Notes: generated by a model from the letters alone, not told the origin. 64,000 nucleotides of DNA from an uncultured Chlorobiales bacterium (GCA_938003965.1 CALKXI010000026.1:3963-67962), one strand, 5' to 3'. Shown: positions 46,955 to 56,538, counted from the stretch's first letter. Program-made: numbers and translations.

Positions 46955-47482
46955 ATGTTTTGCCGCTCGCGTCTGCTTGTGCTCTTGCTTTTCTTTTTGG
47001 CTGTGCTTTCAGGGTGCGCTTCCTCGCAGTTCGCGCTTGAAGATGCCGAGACGAAAGAGAAAATGATTTTGGGAACTTGCTCTTGGAACGAGTGGAAACA
47101 AAACGCTGCATGGAGCACCTACGACGCTCCCGACTACACACCCGACCCAGATGCCGTCGCTCGCCTTACCCCGCTTATCAAACGTTCGGATGTTTCTCTT
47201 ATCCTTTTCGGCGGCAGTTGGTGCGGCGACACTAAAGCCGAATTTCCGAAATACTTCAAACTCTTTTCCGCGCTCAACCTTCCTCAATCGTCGCTTTCGC
47301 TTCATGGCGTTTCGCGCAAGAAAAAAGAACCGTCCGGCATTGCCGAGCGTTACAGCATTAAGCGCGTGCCAACCTTAATCGTCTTGAAGGGCGGAAAAGA
47401 AATCGGTCGGATTGTAGAATATCCGACCGAAAGCATTGAGAAAGATTTGCTCAAAATTTTGACGAAGTCAGACTCACGCTAA
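46955..47482 (+). CDS. Thioredoxin-fold lipoprotein with a monothiol WCGDT motif
   Basis: Lipoprotein signal (LLLFFLAVLSGCASS). Trx-fold elements FGGSWCGDTKAEFP and KRVPTLIVLKGGKEIGRIVE. The track ORF start (46817) lies inside the upstream gene and is rejected. Confidence 0.75.
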   Translation: MFCRSRLLVLLLFFLAVLSGCASSQFALEDAETKEKMILGTCSWNEWKQNAAWSTYDAPDYTPDPDAVARLTPLIKRSDVSLILFGGSWCGDTKAEFPKYFKLFSALNLPQSSLSLHGVSRKKKEPSGIAERYSIKRVPTLIVLKGGKEIGRIVEYPTESIEKDLLKILTKSDSR

Positions 47483-47944
47483 GGCTGCTTCAATTGCTTG
47501 CTTGAGTTGGTCCGATTCAGGTGCGACCCCGCTTTCGAACCGTGCCACGACGTTTGCATTTCTATCCAGCACGAACTTCTCAAAATTCCACTTCACATCA
47601 CCTTTTGTTTGCGCGTTCTCTTTGAGCCATTTGTAAAAGGGGTGCGCGCCTTCGCCATTGACATCAATTTTTGCCATCATATCGAACTTCACGCCGTAGG
47701 TCGAAGTGCAGAATTTTTCAATTTCTTCATTTGTGCCCGGCTCTTGCCTGCCGAATTGATTGCATGGAAATCCAATGACGCTCAAGCCTTTATCGTGATA
47801 GGCTTCGTGTAAGGCTTCAAGCCCTCTGTATTGCGGCGTGTATCCGCACTTTGAAGCCACATTAACTACAAGCAAGGCTCTGCCTTTATAGTCGGAAAGG
47901 CGTTTGGTTTCGCCTTTGATGGTCTGAAAAGTAAAGTCAGGCAT
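47474..47944 (-). CDS. gpx: Glutathione peroxidase (Cys-type)
   Basis: LVVNVASKCGYTPQY, FPCNQFG.QEPG and WNFEKF are canonical Gpx motifs. The catalytic residue is encoded as Cys, not an in-frame TGA. Confidence 0.93.
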   Translation of the reverse strand: MPDFTFQTIKGETKRLSDYKGRALLVVNVASKCGYTPQYRGLEALHEAYHDKGLSVIGFPCNQFGRQEPGTNEEIEKFCTSTYGVKFDMMAKIDVNGEGAHPFYKWLKENAQTKGDVKWNFEKFVLDRNANVVARFESGVAPESDQLKQAIEAALA

Positions 47945-48027
47945 CGGAAAGTGTTGTGTTTAAGTTTGTAAGTGTTAAGGTTGAATTGGCGATTGCAAAA
48001 CGCCACAAGGCGCCCAAACATTCCGCC

Positions 48028-49314
48028 TCACTTTTTTTTCTTTGGCACATAGATGAGCGTTGAGAACTGATGCCGATTGAAAAGCGATTCGGCAACCGTG
48101 CGAATTTGTTTAGACGAAACAGCGTTAATAGCGTCCAATACTTCTGTGTCGGAACGGAATCGCCCGAAGTAATACAAATCTCGTGCAAGGTGATTCATAC
48201 GCGCCGACATATTTTCTTGGCTCATGATAATTCCGCCTTTGAGTTGCGCTTTGTTCAATTCAAGTTCCTTTTCAGGCACGAGTTTATCGGCAATTTTCTC
48301 AATCTCTTCGCGAATCAATGTGAGCGATTTTTGCACCTTGTTGGCATCAGTGCCGACGTAGATATTGAACAAATTGACTTCATCGCCCGAATTGAAATTT
48401 GAAAACACGCTGTAAGCAAGCCCATATTTTTCGCGCAGCTTCAAGTTCAAACGCGAACTCATGCCGCCGCCCAAAATCATGTTGAGCAAGAGGACCGCGT
48501 AAAAGTCTTTATCGTTTCGCTCGAATGGAAATCCAGTAACAATGTGCGCTTGTGAAATTGGCTTTGCAATTTCTTTTTCAAAGGCTTTGTAGGCGCTCAA
48601 TGCGTATTGCTCGCGAGTGCGCGTCGAGGTACGGTGCGACTTTGGAACATATTTCTCGGCAAGTTTGACGAGTGCCGAATGTTTGAGATTGCCTGCCGCT
48701 GCCAAAATCATTTTGTCAGGCGTGTAGTAAGTGTGAAGATGCTCAAGCACTTTTTTGCGCGTGAAGGAGCGAACGGTCTTTTCCGTGCCAGCAATTGGCA
48801 GCGCAAATGGGTGATGGTTATAGACGAATTTATCGAAGTCCTCGAAAATGACGTCGTCAGGCGTGTCGTCCACACTTTTGATTTCTTCAATGACGACCTC
48901 TTTTTCTTTTTCAAGTTCTTTTTGTGGGAAGGTTGGATTGAAGACCAAATCGGTCAGCACATCGACGGCAATGTCGCTGTATTCATCGAGCACGCGAGCG
49001 TAAAAGCATGTATTTTCTTTTGAGGTAAAGGCGTTGAGGTAGCCGCCGACGCGCTCCAAACTTTTCGAGATTTCGATGTAATCGCGTTTTTTCGTGCCTT
49101 TGAAAACAAGATGCTCAATAAAGTGGGAAATGCCTGCTGTCTCTTTGGTTTCGTCGCGCGAGCCTGTTTCCGTCCATAATCCAATCGCGACAGAACGAAC
49201 AGTCGGCACATATTCTGTAATCACGGTTAGTCCATTTGGCAAGACGGTTTTCTCAACCTTGTTCGATTGTGGCAGTTTCCCAGTCTGCGTTGTAAAGCGT
49301 CCTCGTGTGTGCAT
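48028..49314 (-). CDS. M16-family (pitrilysin/insulinase-like) zinc peptidase
   Basis: The inverted zinc motif HFIEH (GISHFIEHLVFKGT) is present, with a downstream E in ...GGYLNAFTSKE. Confidence 0.88.
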   Translation of the reverse strand: MHTRGRFTTQTGKLPQSNKVEKTVLPNGLTVITEYVPTVRSVAIGLWTETGSRDETKETAGISHFIEHLVFKGTKKRDYIEISKSLERVGGYLNAFTSKENTCFYARVLDEYSDIAVDVLTDLVFNPTFPQKELEKEKEVVIEEIKSVDDTPDDVIFEDFDKFVYNHHPFALPIAGTEKTVRSFTRKKVLEHLHTYYTPDKMILAAAGNLKHSALVKLAEKYVPKSHRTSTRTREQYALSAYKAFEKEIAKPISQAHIVTGFPFERNDKDFYAVLLLNMILGGGMSSRLNLKLREKYGLAYSVFSNFNSGDEVNLFNIYVGTDANKVQKSLTLIREEIEKIADKLVPEKELELNKAQLKGGIIMSQENMSARMNHLARDLYYFGRFRSDTEVLDAINAVSSKQIRTVAESLFNRHQFSTLIYVPKKKK

Positions 49315-49450
49315 GTCGGAGAGAAGTGTTTTGAAACGTTAGATTTGAAAGCGTGCGAATATACAACGAAAAATCAGGCATGATTGTTTTTCGTCTGTTG
49401 GCTCTACTTGCGCATCAGATTTTTCAACGAGGGATTCATCAACTTTGATT

Positions 49451-50011
49451 ATGAACAAAACTTACTTTGAACTTTTCGGATTAGACGAAAAACTCAATCT
49501 CGATACCAAATTGCTCCAAAAGCAGTTCTATGCGCTCTCGCGCGAACTTCACCCCGACTTTCACCAAAGCGGCACCAAAGCCGAACAAACCCAAAGCCTC
49601 GACGCCTCGTCGTTTCTCAATCAAGCCTTTCTCACGCTCAAAGACAAAGAAAGACGCCTGCTCTATGTGATTGGACTTTACTTGGGCGACCTTACCGAAG
49701 CCGAAAAAAAACAAATCCCGCCCGAACTCTTGATGGAACTGATGGAAGTGCGCGAACAGCTCGAGGAGCACAAACACGCGCCGACAGAATCGCTCCGCAC
49801 CTTACTTCTCGCTTCGCTTTCCGACTTGCAAGCGCGCCAAAAAACTTGCGACGATGATATTGACGCCCTCTCTGCACAGTTCGACGCTGCAACCACCATT
49901 GAAGCACGCAAATCTATTCTTTCTCAAATCCGCAACATCATGCTCAAAAAAAATTTCTTGCGCTCACTGGCTCGCACAATTGATTCCGAACTCAACCCTT
50001 CGGAAGTGTAA
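49451..50011 (+). CDS. hscB: HscB-type J-domain co-chaperone
   Basis: YFELFGL......D...LQKQFYALSRELHPDF.. (HPD motif), SSFLNQAF.TL and a helical C-terminal domain. No isc/hscA genes are adjacent. Confidence 0.75.
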   Translation: MNKTYFELFGLDEKLNLDTKLLQKQFYALSRELHPDFHQSGTKAEQTQSLDASSFLNQAFLTLKDKERRLLYVIGLYLGDLTEAEKKQIPPELLMELMEVREQLEEHKHAPTESLRTLLLASLSDLQARQKTCDDDIDALSAQFDAATTIEARKSILSQIRNIMLKKNFLRSLARTIDSELNPSEV

Positions 50012-50097
50012 CCAAAACTTGTTCGGAAAAAGTGTAACTTGTAGAAATTTCAATTCACGCTATTGCAAAATATCACGAACCTTTTCACTCAACCGCT

Positions 50098-50592
50098 ATG
50101 AAATATCAAGCTGTAATCAATCAATCCATTTTTGAAGTTGAACCCCTTGGCACAGATGCCGTGAGCATTAACGGCGTCAAGAAAGAATCACGCCTTGTTC
50201 AACTTTCCGAACGTTTTTACCACTTCATCTACGAAGGCAAAGTCTTCCGCGTTGAATCGGTTAAAACTGATGATGGGTTTAATTTCAAAATCAATGGCGA
50301 ACTTGTCTCGGTTGAGGTCAAAGACGAACTGCAGCTTCTGCTCGATAAAATAGGCGGAAGTGCGAAAAAGAAAGCCGCATCGGGCGACATCAAAGCCCCC
50401 ATGCCGGGCTTGGTCGTTAAACTTTTGGTTTCGGTTGGTGAGAGCGTCAAGAAAGGGCAAGGCTTGCTCATTTTGGAGGCGATGAAAATGCAGAATGAAA
50501 TTAAATCTCCTACTGACGGCGTTGTCAAAGAAATCAACGTCTCCGAACAACAAGCGGTTGAAAAAAATCACCTCTTGATGAAACTTGAGTAA
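50098..50592 (+). CDS. Biotin carboxyl carrier (biotinyl/lipoyl-domain) protein
   Basis: C-terminal biotinyl domain IKAPMPGLVVKLLV..GE.VKKGQGLLILEAMKMQNEI. Confidence 0.85.
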   Translation: MKYQAVINQSIFEVEPLGTDAVSINGVKKESRLVQLSERFYHFIYEGKVFRVESVKTDDGFNFKINGELVSVEVKDELQLLLDKIGGSAKKKAASGDIKAPMPGLVVKLLVSVGESVKKGQGLLILEAMKMQNEIKSPTDGVVKEINVSEQQAVEKNHLLMKLE

Positions 50593-51601
50593 GCGTGTGT
50601 CCAAAGAAACCATTCTCCTTACAGGCGCAACAGGCTACATTGGCTCGGCACTCACGCGCCACCTTCATCAACAATACGGAACATCTATTCGCTTAAAAAC
50701 ACTAGCACGTTCTTCTTCCTCGCACCGTCATTTAGCGTCTCTTCCTATCGAGTGGGTTTATGGCGAATTGCTCAATCCTGCTTCACTGTGGGACGCCACC
50801 GAAGGCGTCGATGTTGTTTTTCATTGTGCAGCATTAGTTTCGTTCCATCAAAGAGATTATCGGCGGCTCTATCGCACCAATGTGATTGGCACGCGCAATC
50901 TTGTCAATGCGTGCTTGAAAAATCACGTCAAGCGACTTGTGCATGTGAGTTCAACCGCGGCGATTGGCTCGAGCGGCTTGCCCACTTCAACGTTGAGCAC
51001 GGAGCAAACCCCTTTTCAAGCGTGGCAACAGAAAATTGGCTACATGCTCTCGAAGTATCTTTCAGAATTGGAGGTCTTGCGTGGCGTTGCCGAAGGGTTG
51101 GATTCCGTGATTGTCAATCCGTCGGTTGTGCTGGGCGATTTACCACACCGACTTCATTCGGCGTCCAATTTTATCGCGGATTTATTTCGCGGAAAAATCC
51201 CCTATGTGCCAAAAGGCGGAACGGGTTTTGTCGATATTGCCGATGTCGTAGTTGCGATTGAACGTGCTTGGAAGCATGGCAAAACGGGCGAGCGTTATAT
51301 CATCAATTCCGAAAATCTTTCTTATCGCACGCTCACAGAGCGGATTTCACGTTTTCGCGGGGCGCGTTCTCGGAGTGTCGCCGAACTTCCGTCCGCGCTC
51401 GGCTTCATCATCGGCGGGGTGTGCGATTTGCTTGCTTTCGTTTCAACCTTTCGCTCCGCTATTACCTTCGATACCATGTGCCTTTCTGAAAAAACGCTTT
51501 GCTATGCCAATCAAAAGTCCATTGAGCAACTCGGAATTTGCTATCACTCCCTCGACGAAACCATCGAGCAGATTTTATATCGCCGTAATCTCTTGCGTTA
51601 A
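50585..51601 (+). CDS. NAD-dependent epimerase/dehydratase-family (extended SDR) protein
   Basis: Rossmann motif ILLTGATGYIGSAL and the catalytic YMLSK context (IGYMLSKYLSE). The start is ambiguous: TTG at 50585 overlaps the upstream gene, or GTG at 50597. Confidence 0.8.
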   Translation: MSKRVSKETILLTGATGYIGSALTRHLHQQYGTSIRLKTLARSSSSHRHLASLPIEWVYGELLNPASLWDATEGVDVVFHCAALVSFHQRDYRRLYRTNVIGTRNLVNACLKNHVKRLVHVSSTAAIGSSGLPTSTLSTEQTPFQAWQQKIGYMLSKYLSELEVLRGVAEGLDSVIVNPSVVLGDLPHRLHSASNFIADLFRGKIPYVPKGGTGFVDIADVVVAIERAWKHGKTGERYIINSENLSYRTLTERISRFRGARSRSVAELPSALGFIIGGVCDLLAFVSTFRSAITFDTMCLSEKTLCYANQKSIEQLGICYHSLDETIEQILYRRNLLR

Positions 51602-51671
51602 GTTTTCGTTAAGCCCGTCTGCTCGCCAAGCGTGCGTGCTATATTTGAAATCCAATTCTTGATCGATTGAT

Positions 51672-52544
51672 ATGCAACGGATTCCTTACGCTTACAGTCT
51701 CATTCTCGTGTTGCTCTTGGGGGCTTGTGCGCCAGATGAAGAGCGACCGATAACGGTTCGCGGCTCGGATACAATGGTGGCGATTGGACAAAAGTGGGCG
51801 GAAATTTATATGCAAAAGTTCCCCGAAGCCACAATCCAGGTCAATGGTGGCGGAAGCGGCACAGGCATTTCCGCGCTTATCAATCGCATTGCCGATATTT
51901 GCCAATCTTCACGACCAATGAAAAAACGCGAGCGTGACATTATCAAAGCCAAATACGGGCGCGATGTAATTGAAATTCCTGTCGCCAAAGACGGCATCGT
52001 GATTTACGTTCACGAAACAAATCCTCTGTCTGAAATCTCAATCGCGCAAATGAAAGCTATCTACACAGGCAAAATCAAAAACTGGAAGGAACTTGGCTGG
52101 GAAGACCAATCGATTGTCATTTACGGACGCGAGAACAGTTCAGGCACTTACGAATTTTTCAAGAAGCGCGTTTTAGACGGCGACGATTTTGACTCACGCG
52201 TGCAAACGCTTCCTGGAACAGGTGCAATTGCCAACGCTGTCGCACAAGATAAATACGCCATCGGATACGGCGGCATTGCATACTCGCGTGGCATCAAATT
52301 TTTAGCGGCAAAAGAAACCGATGACTCACCTGCTGTTGTCGCCTCTGAACTCACGGTTGCGAATAACTCATATCCTGTTTCTCGCGACCTTTACTTCTAT
52401 CTTGTCAAAGAACCACAAGGCAGAACAAAAGCATTTATTGAATGGGTTTTGAGCGACGAGGGTCAATCCCTTGCCGTTGAAGAAGGTTATTTTCCAGTTC
52501 GTCCGCTCGACCATCTTCGTTCAGAAACAGTTTCAACAAAATAA
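51672..52544 (+). CDS. pstS: PstS-family phosphate-binding protein (lipoprotein)
   Basis: Signal/lipobox (LVLLLGAC) and RGSDTM......W...Y....P...I.V.GGGSGTGI.AL.N..ADI.QSSR. Confidence 0.85.
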   Translation: MQRIPYAYSLILVLLLGACAPDEERPITVRGSDTMVAIGQKWAEIYMQKFPEATIQVNGGGSGTGISALINRIADICQSSRPMKKRERDIIKAKYGRDVIEIPVAKDGIVIYVHETNPLSEISIAQMKAIYTGKIKNWKELGWEDQSIVIYGRENSSGTYEFFKKRVLDGDDFDSRVQTLPGTGAIANAVAQDKYAIGYGGIAYSRGIKFLAAKETDDSPAVVASELTVANNSYPVSRDLYFYLVKEPQGRTKAFIEWVLSDEGQSLAVEEGYFPVRPLDHLRSETVSTK

Positions 52545-52553
52545 CTTGCTCCA

Positions 52554-53486
52554 ATGACAAGCACAATTGTCACATTAAAAGTCAACCAAACGGCAAAGCG
52601 ATTAGACCGGATTGCTAAGAACGTGATTTTTGGCGTCTCGCTTGTTTCGATTTCCATCATCTTGCTGATTCTCATTTTCACATTCAAAGAGGCAAAAGAT
52701 GTCTTTTTTGTTGCGTCTGTTCGCGAAGAAGTGCTGCCAACGCTTCTGGGCACAAATTGGCAACCGGTTTCCGATTCGCCCAAATACGGCATCATTCCGC
52801 TTCTGATTGGCACCATTAAAACTACGCTGATTGCGATGGTGATTGCCGTTCCAATTGGCGTATTGTCCGCGCTCTATTCGGTGATGTTTGCACCGAAGTG
52901 GACAAAGGAAGTCTTGAAGCCTGCGGTTGAGTTGGTGGCGGGGCTTCCGTCGGTCGTGATTGGATTTTTCGCGTTAGTGGTGCTTTCAGGGTGGCTTCAA
53001 GCCTTGACCGGCTCGCCGTTCCGACTCAATGCGTTGGTGGGCGGGGTTGCCATTTCGCTCACGGCAATTCCGATTATTTTCACGATTTCCGAAGAAGCGC
53101 TTTCTGCTGTGCCTCAATCCATGAAAGAAGCCAGCTACGCACTTGGCGCAACGGAGTGGGAAACAGCGTTTTATGTAGTGCTTCCTGCCGCCTATCCGGG
53201 AATTTTTGCAGGGGTTTTGCTGGGGCTAGGTCGCGCTTTCGGCGAAACGCTGATTGTTCTGATGGCAACGGGCAACGCAGCCATTACATCTTGGAGTTTG
53301 CTCGACTCCACTCGCACGCTCACCGCAACCATCGGCGCAGAAATGGCTGAGGTCGTCTTCGGAGACCCACACTACAATGTGCTTTTCCTTATCGGCACGT
53401 TTCTCTTTCTCTTCTCAATGGTGCTCAACTTGACGGCGGAGTTTTATGTGAAGGCGAAACTGCTCAAAAAATTTCGCGGCGAATAG
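52554..53486 (+). CDS. pstC: Phosphate ABC transporter permease PstC
   Basis: Six TM segments and the EAA-loop region EEALSAVPQSMKEASYALGATEWETAFYVVLPAA. Confidence 0.85.
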   Translation: MTSTIVTLKVNQTAKRLDRIAKNVIFGVSLVSISIILLILIFTFKEAKDVFFVASVREEVLPTLLGTNWQPVSDSPKYGIIPLLIGTIKTTLIAMVIAVPIGVLSALYSVMFAPKWTKEVLKPAVELVAGLPSVVIGFFALVVLSGWLQALTGSPFRLNALVGGVAISLTAIPIIFTISEEALSAVPQSMKEASYALGATEWETAFYVVLPAAYPGIFAGVLLGLGRAFGETLIVLMATGNAAITSWSLLDSTRTLTATIGAEMAEVVFGDPHYNVLFLIGTFLFLFSMVLNLTAEFYVKAKLLKKFRGE

Positions 53487-53489
53487 CCA

Positions 53490-54083
53490 TTAAAAATTGC
53501 CTCTCCCAAACCACCAAACGAGTTCCAAAAACGTGGCGGAAAACCCCAATGTGCCGCCTGCAACGGTTTGCATCGGTGTATGGGCTTTCAAGTGAACACG
53601 CGCCCACGCCAGCGGCAACATCAAGAGCAACAGCCACAGCGATTGCAATCCGAAAACATACGTCATTGCAGCAATCGGTCCACCAAGCGACGTAACATGC
53701 ACGCTGATTTTCCATACTAATGTAATGAAGAAAATGAAGAGCGTGTTTACTGCGTAACACAGCATAAATCCTACGATAATCGGCGGCGCCTTTAACAAAT
53801 CCAGCAGCAGCGTCCCAGTAGCGTAGCTGACTACGCCAATTAAAAATGGAAGCGCACGGTTTTCGCGTCTTGAAATATCGTAATCACTCACCTTGCCCAT
53901 CTTTTTGAGAATCACAACGACGAGCGCAGGCACAATTGAGCAGAAGAGCACGACAACCAGCAAGTGCAGATAGATATCGGGCACTGGTTCCCTGAATCCA
54001 AACTGCATTAAAATCCAAAATGTTACAATCGGGAGAACAATTGGGTGAATAGTGTTAGAGATAAGATGTGCGAGTGTCGTCAT
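53490..54083 (-). CDS. Divergent PAP2-superfamily-like integral membrane protein
   Basis: Polytopic. Weak PAP2-like motifs: ISRRENRALP, KISVHVTS and ARVHLKAHTPMQTVAGG, where the usual SR...H...D is altered. I prefer the Met at 54083; the track ORF extends to 54128. Confidence 0.45.
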   Translation of the reverse strand: MTTLAHLISNTIHPIVLPIVTFWILMQFGFREPVPDIYLHLLVVVLFCSIVPALVVVILKKMGKVSDYDISRRENRALPFLIGVVSYATGTLLLDLLKAPPIIVGFMLCYAVNTLFIFFITLVWKISVHVTSLGGPIAAMTYVFGLQSLWLLLLMLPLAWARVHLKAHTPMQTVAGGTLGFSATFLELVWWFGRGNF

Positions 54084-54142
54084 TGAATAGTAACATTCCG
54101 ATAATGAACGCCGATGATAAGCATTCAAAGGCGTGCAGCAGT

Positions 54143-54862
54143 TCAGCCGTCAAAAAAGGTTTGTGTGCGATGTTGCGATTGCCATTCCGATTCCACCGAG
54201 CATTTTTTTCCAACGATAAGGTTAATGACAAACTGCCCTTCTTCTTCACGAAGCCCTGTAATGCCGACAATGTTCATGATGCCGTGCCGAATCAGCGCCG
54301 ACGCAATCGTCTTTTGTTGTAAAATTTTCTCAATGTTGATGCTAAGTCCGATTGGGCGCACCGCCTTGCCGCACAAGTAGAACCCTTGCTCCAAACTCAC
54401 GCACGGCACGCTTTGCGCTAGCGAAGCCAGCAGTCGCCGCTCGCCAAAACGGCTATTAAAATACGCTTGAACAAATTGATAATAAAGTAATTGCCACAGA
54501 GATTCCGATGCAATGCGCAGTTTTCCTGCCCGCTCAACAACGGCAACTGATTGATTTTTTACAACCGTTAATTCTGCAATATGGAGCGGCAAGCGACACG
54601 AAAGCCAATCACCAAAGATGCCCTTGAATGAAAAATGCAGTTCAGATAAGTTCGGACGAAATCGGACCGAAAGGTTTCGCACAGGCGCATTCGGCTGCTC
54701 AAACGAACGAAGAGCAAAGTTAACGGCTTTTTCTGTCAAGACAAGTTCCGTCTCAAAATAGGGCGATTGATACTCCCTCCGATGCTCTTGAACCGTGCGC
54801 GCAATCTGTGCAATCCCCGATACAATTCCTGCAACATTGCGCAGAAATCCTCCTAATCCCAT
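54143..54862 (-). CDS. Hypothetical protein (239 aa), no recognisable family
   Basis: Uninterrupted ORF with protein-like composition and a Gly-rich amphipathic N-terminus (MGLGGFLRNVAGIVSGIAQIA). I recognise no motif. Confidence 0.55.
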   Translation of the reverse strand: MGLGGFLRNVAGIVSGIAQIARTVQEHRREYQSPYFETELVLTEKAVNFALRSFEQPNAPVRNLSVRFRPNLSELHFSFKGIFGDWLSCRLPLHIAELTVVKNQSVAVVERAGKLRIASESLWQLLYYQFVQAYFNSRFGERRLLASLAQSVPCVSLEQGFYLCGKAVRPIGLSINIEKILQQKTIASALIRHGIMNIVGITGLREEEGQFVINLIVGKKCSVESEWQSQHRTQTFFDG

Positions 54863-55210
54863 CTCACTCCTGCTCCCTTCTCGCTTGGCTTTTCAGACCT
54901 TGTAGGTTTGTTTAAGTCGAGTCTTGTTCAAATCAAATTGAGTTTTGCTCAAACATAAACGCCTACACCTTAAAATCTGAACGATCACCAACCCTGTCAA
55001 TAGTCGTTTCAGCCGAATTGCGCTTGCACTTCCTTCCTGCGCTTTGTGCTCAACCTCGGTATCAAATCCTTGCCCTAACCAATTTGTTTTTTGTTAAGCT
55101 CCTGACACTTGAATTTTTTTATCGTTTGCAACTTCTCACAGGCAAATTGCGTTTCTAAATCCGATTATTAGTATCAATTCTTGTTATCAACAATTAAAAT
55201 CCTTTCAAAA

Positions 55211-55777
55211 ATGCTGACGATTGGAGACAAATTTCCGGAGTTTGAACTCGATGCGGTTGTTTCAACCGAGAAGAACAAAGAGTTCGCCAAAATTTCAACC
55301 GCTGAACATCGCAAGCAAGGCAAATGGGCGGTTTTCTTCTTTTGGCCCAAAGATTTCACCTTTGTTTGCCCAACCGAAATCAAGGGCTTCAACGACAGAT
55401 TTGCGGACTTCCGCGATAACGATGCTCTGCTCTATGGCGCAAGCACCGACACTGCCTTCGTTCACCTTGCTTGGCGCAAAGACAATGAAAATCTCAAAGA
55501 TTTGAAATTTCCGATGCTCTCCGACCATGGCAAGCACCTTACACGCGCGCTTGGCATTTTAACAGGCGAAGAAGAAGTTGCACTTCGCGCCACCTTCATC
55601 GTCGACCCGCAAGGCACAATCCAATGGGTATGCGTCAATAACCTCGATGTTGGTCGTAACATTGACGAAACGGTGCGCGTGCTTGAAGCCCTTCAAACTG
55701 GCGAACTTTGCCCGTGCAATTGGAAAGAAGGCGATGCCACGCTTAAAGTTGCAGGCGGTTCGCTCGTCGAAGCCTAA
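55211..55777 (+). CDS. ahpC: Peroxiredoxin, 2-Cys AhpC type
   Basis: Peroxidatic Cys context FFFWPKDFTFVCPTEI and resolving Cys region GELCPCNW. Followed by ahpD. Confidence 0.93.
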   Translation: MLTIGDKFPEFELDAVVSTEKNKEFAKISTAEHRKQGKWAVFFFWPKDFTFVCPTEIKGFNDRFADFRDNDALLYGASTDTAFVHLAWRKDNENLKDLKFPMLSDHGKHLTRALGILTGEEEVALRATFIVDPQGTIQWVCVNNLDVGRNIDETVRVLEALQTGELCPCNWKEGDATLKVAGGSLVEA

Positions 55778-55801
55778 ATGCCATTTTCTCTCAAGACTTC
55801 G

Positions 55802-55827
55802 AAAAGGCGGACGATAATCCGCCTTTT
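55802..55827 (+). terminator. Hairpin (possible partial terminator or processing site) between ahpC and ahpD
   Basis: Perfect 10-bp stem aaaaggcgga / tccgcctttt with loop cgataa. Confidence 0.6.
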
Positions 55828-55874
55828 GCATTCAAATTTACATACAACGCTTTACCAAACGATTGATTCAAACT

Positions 55875-56474
55875 ATGGAAGACACAAGAAAAGATTTGCT
55901 CGCCGATTTAGGCATTTCTGCCGATGCTCATTTTGTGGGATTAGATGCTTTTGTTAAAGGCGATTACAAATATATTCGCGACTTGCGAGTCAATCTGAAA
56001 TCAACACTTGATAGTCCAAGTTTAGGCGGCAGAAAAAATGCGTATTTGATTGCGCTTGCCGTTGCTGCCAACGAGCGCAACAACGCTTTGATTACGGCTT
56101 TCACCGAACTTGCTAAAAAGGAAGGCGCCAGCGATGCCGAAATTGGCGAAGTCCACGCGATTGCTTCGCTTCTTGCCACGAACAATGTTTTTTACCGTTT
56201 CCGCCATTTCAGCGAGAACAAAGTCTACGAACAAATGCCCGCTGGCATTAAAATGACCATTATGATGCGTCCTGTGTTGCCGAAGATGTTTTTTGAACTA
56301 GTTTCGCTGGTCGTCAGCGCCGTGAATGGATGTGAAGTGTGCGTTAATAGCCACGAAAAAGCCGTGCGCCATGAAGGTGGCTCAGAGCAACTGATTTTTG
56401 ACGCGATTCGCTTGGGGGCTGTTGTGAGAGGGTTATCGATTTCAATGAATGAATATCACCCTGTCGCAGTTTGA
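55875..56474 (+). CDS. ahpD: Alkylhydroperoxidase AhpD (carboxymuconolactone decarboxylase family)
   Basis: CxxC...H catalytic motif (SAVNGCEVCVNSHE). Position immediately after ahpC. Confidence 0.85.
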   Translation: MEDTRKDLLADLGISADAHFVGLDAFVKGDYKYIRDLRVNLKSTLDSPSLGGRKNAYLIALAVAANERNNALITAFTELAKKEGASDAEIGEVHAIASLLATNNVFYRFRHFSENKVYEQMPAGIKMTIMMRPVLPKMFFELVSLVVSAVNGCEVCVNSHEKAVRHEGGSEQLIFDAIRLGAVVRGLSISMNEYHPVAV

Positions 56475-56507
56475 ACTTGATTTCATTTTCGTGTGCCTAA
56501 CAAAACG

Positions 56508-56538
56508 AAAGCCCGATTTCTGTCGGGCTTTTTTCTTT
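56508..56538. terminator. Bidirectional Rho-independent terminator between the convergent ahpD and STAS genes
   Basis: Perfect 9-bp stem aaagcccga / tcgggcttt, loop tttctg, then tttcttt. A-rich on the 5' side. Confidence 0.85.

Noticed and set aside
47474-47944. Possible selenocysteine (in-frame TGA) in glutathione peroxidase
   Set aside because: The ORF is uninterrupted and the catalytic position is a Cys codon (VASKCGYT). There is no recoding.
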